From: a virus
UHGV virus genome: UHGV-0039449
Direction: 5' to 3' (one strand)
DNA length: 44,033 nt
The notes beneath the pieces were generated by a model, which saw only the letters and a program-made list of their open reading frames with translations, did no database searches and was not told the origin of the DNA. Positions 42,793-44,033 of the stretch are shown here, in pieces (the stretch's first letter is position 1; each line of letters starts with the position of its first letter). A program made the translations under genes and the position numbers.

Positions 42793-43311
42793 TTAGCTCT
42801 TTTCAGGACATTTGGTATTTGGCTGAATACGCGTTTCGTTATACGTCGTGGTAATAACAACGGCTAAACCTGTCGTAAACTGGCACTCTTTACCCACCTG
42901 GGTGGAGGTATACACTTTGGTGCCTTCCTTATATGTTAAAGAAACACCTTCCACTAAGGTTTTATCATTCACCATAGAACCCGCTGCTGCGCCAACAGCT
43001 CCGCCGCCAACTGCACCTGCTGTCGTTCCGGAATTGCTGCCAGACCCGACGTTGTGGCCGATAACACCGCCAGCGACAGCGCCAATAAGCGCGCCGAAGG
43101 CTTGTGCGTTCCGTTTATTTTGGGCGTTGTCTACGGCAACTTTTGCGGGAAGAATGGAAATAATATTAACGGTTTTAGTTTCTTGTTTGGTATTCAGTTG
43201 ATCGGTTTGATAAACATCGGCGGCATGATCATCAGCATTTGACTGGCATCCTGCCAGAGTGAATGACGCTAACATTGCCACAGGCAGAAGACATTTTTTA
43301 AATTTCATCAC
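42793..43311 (-). CDS. yfgH: Host outer-membrane lipoprotein YfgH-like (glycine-zipper)
   Basis: 172 aa; lipobox LAGC; glycine-zipper GALIGAVAGGVIGHNVGSG. Confidence 0.55.
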   Translation of the reverse strand: MMKFKKCLLPVAMLASFTLAGCQSNADDHAADVYQTDQLNTKQETKTVNIISILPAKVAVDNAQNKRNAQAFGALIGAVAGGVIGHNVGSGSNSGTTAGAVGGGAVGAAAGSMVNDKTLVEGVSLTYKEGTKVYTSTQVGKECQFTTGLAVVITTTYNETRIQPNTKCPEKS

Positions 43312-43621
43312 TATTCCTTGTTATACACATTACGAAAAATGAGACATTTAAGATCATCAAAAGAGGAAAGTAAATGTATTGCGTATAAAGGAATAGATTA
43401 AATTTATTAAAATTCATGCGGGAAATAATTTATAAAAATACATCATCACAACATATGTATTAATGATGTATTTATTTCGCAGCCGAACAGGATGAACTTC
43501 AGTCAGAACAAAAACGTAAAATTTAAGATGAAAGAATATCTGCCGCTTTGATAATCTCAAAGAGCAAAAGCATCCGACAGCGAGGTGCCGTTATGTTCTG
43601 TGAGAGTGGAGAAGGTAACCG

Positions 43622-43813
43622 CTAACGTTGTACCGGTGATTCGACGGAGAGTGTGGATTGCTGAGCTTCTTTTTTGCTCTGATGGTGCTGCCAGGCACCG
43701 ACGGACGAGTAGATAAAACGGCCAAAGAAGAAGATAAAGCTGATGAGCAGTACGATACGGGTCATGCGACTGTTAAATCGGTGTCGTTTTCGCATACTGG
43801 TTGCCTGACTCAC
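43622..43813 (-). CDS. yfgG: Host small membrane protein YfgG-like
   Basis: 63 aa with a single TM helix (IVLLISFIFFFGRFIY); size and neighbourhood match YfgG as I recall it. Confidence 0.45.
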   Translation of the reverse strand: MSQATSMRKRHRFNSRMTRIVLLISFIFFFGRFIYSSVGAWQHHQSKKEAQQSTLSVESPVQR

Positions 43814-44033
43814 AAAAGGTTCCTTGAAGTATGTCCCACGCCGTGGACGGTACTTACATTAAGGCACAACAGGACAAAATGGTCAATTCTTCGTTATGTA
43901 AAAAAGCGTCAGTGGATACATATTTTAATGTTATGGAAGTTAATTTAATTATTTACAGTGATGATGTAATAATGATGAGTTAACATGATAAACGTAATAA
44001 TTCATTAATCAGGGTTATTTTATTTGATATATA

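Overview
The window is almost entirely a ~42 kb integrated prophage and accessory island, ending in three host genes that look like E. coli yfgI, yfgH and yfgG (42.2-43.8 kb, minus strand). All calls rest on reading ORF translations and DNA motifs by eye; no database search was run. The prophage is mosaic: a lambdoid-style early region (P4-type integrase; a leftward operon with an MT-A70 methyltransferase, AlpA-like regulator, RecT and RecE-like exonuclease; tandem-HTH repressor and Cro-like gene; lambda O/P-like replication genes with iterons inside the O-like gene) joined to a podovirus-like late region (TerS/TerL, portal, scaffold, major capsid, tube-like and large internal virion proteins, a beta-helix tailspike, and a holin/GH19 endolysin/nested spanin cassette). 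A phage tRNA-Arg(UCU) lies between terL and the portal gene. The candidates I rate highest for something new are (i) the island between the lysis cassette and yfgI, carrying an OLD/PARIS-like ABC-ATPase-Toprim protein, an IS-transposase remnant and an orphan 2TM protein with a CheY-like receiver domain; (ii) a 15-bp palindrome TTACC-N5-GGTAA found at 13 intergenic sites, three of them between the repressor and cro; (iii) a near-consensus LexA box in front of a small paralogue of the antirepressor C-terminal domain, paired with a repressor that has no self-cleavage domain; and (iv) several AT-rich moron genes of unknown function. No CRISPR array, reverse transcriptase or rRNA was seen.
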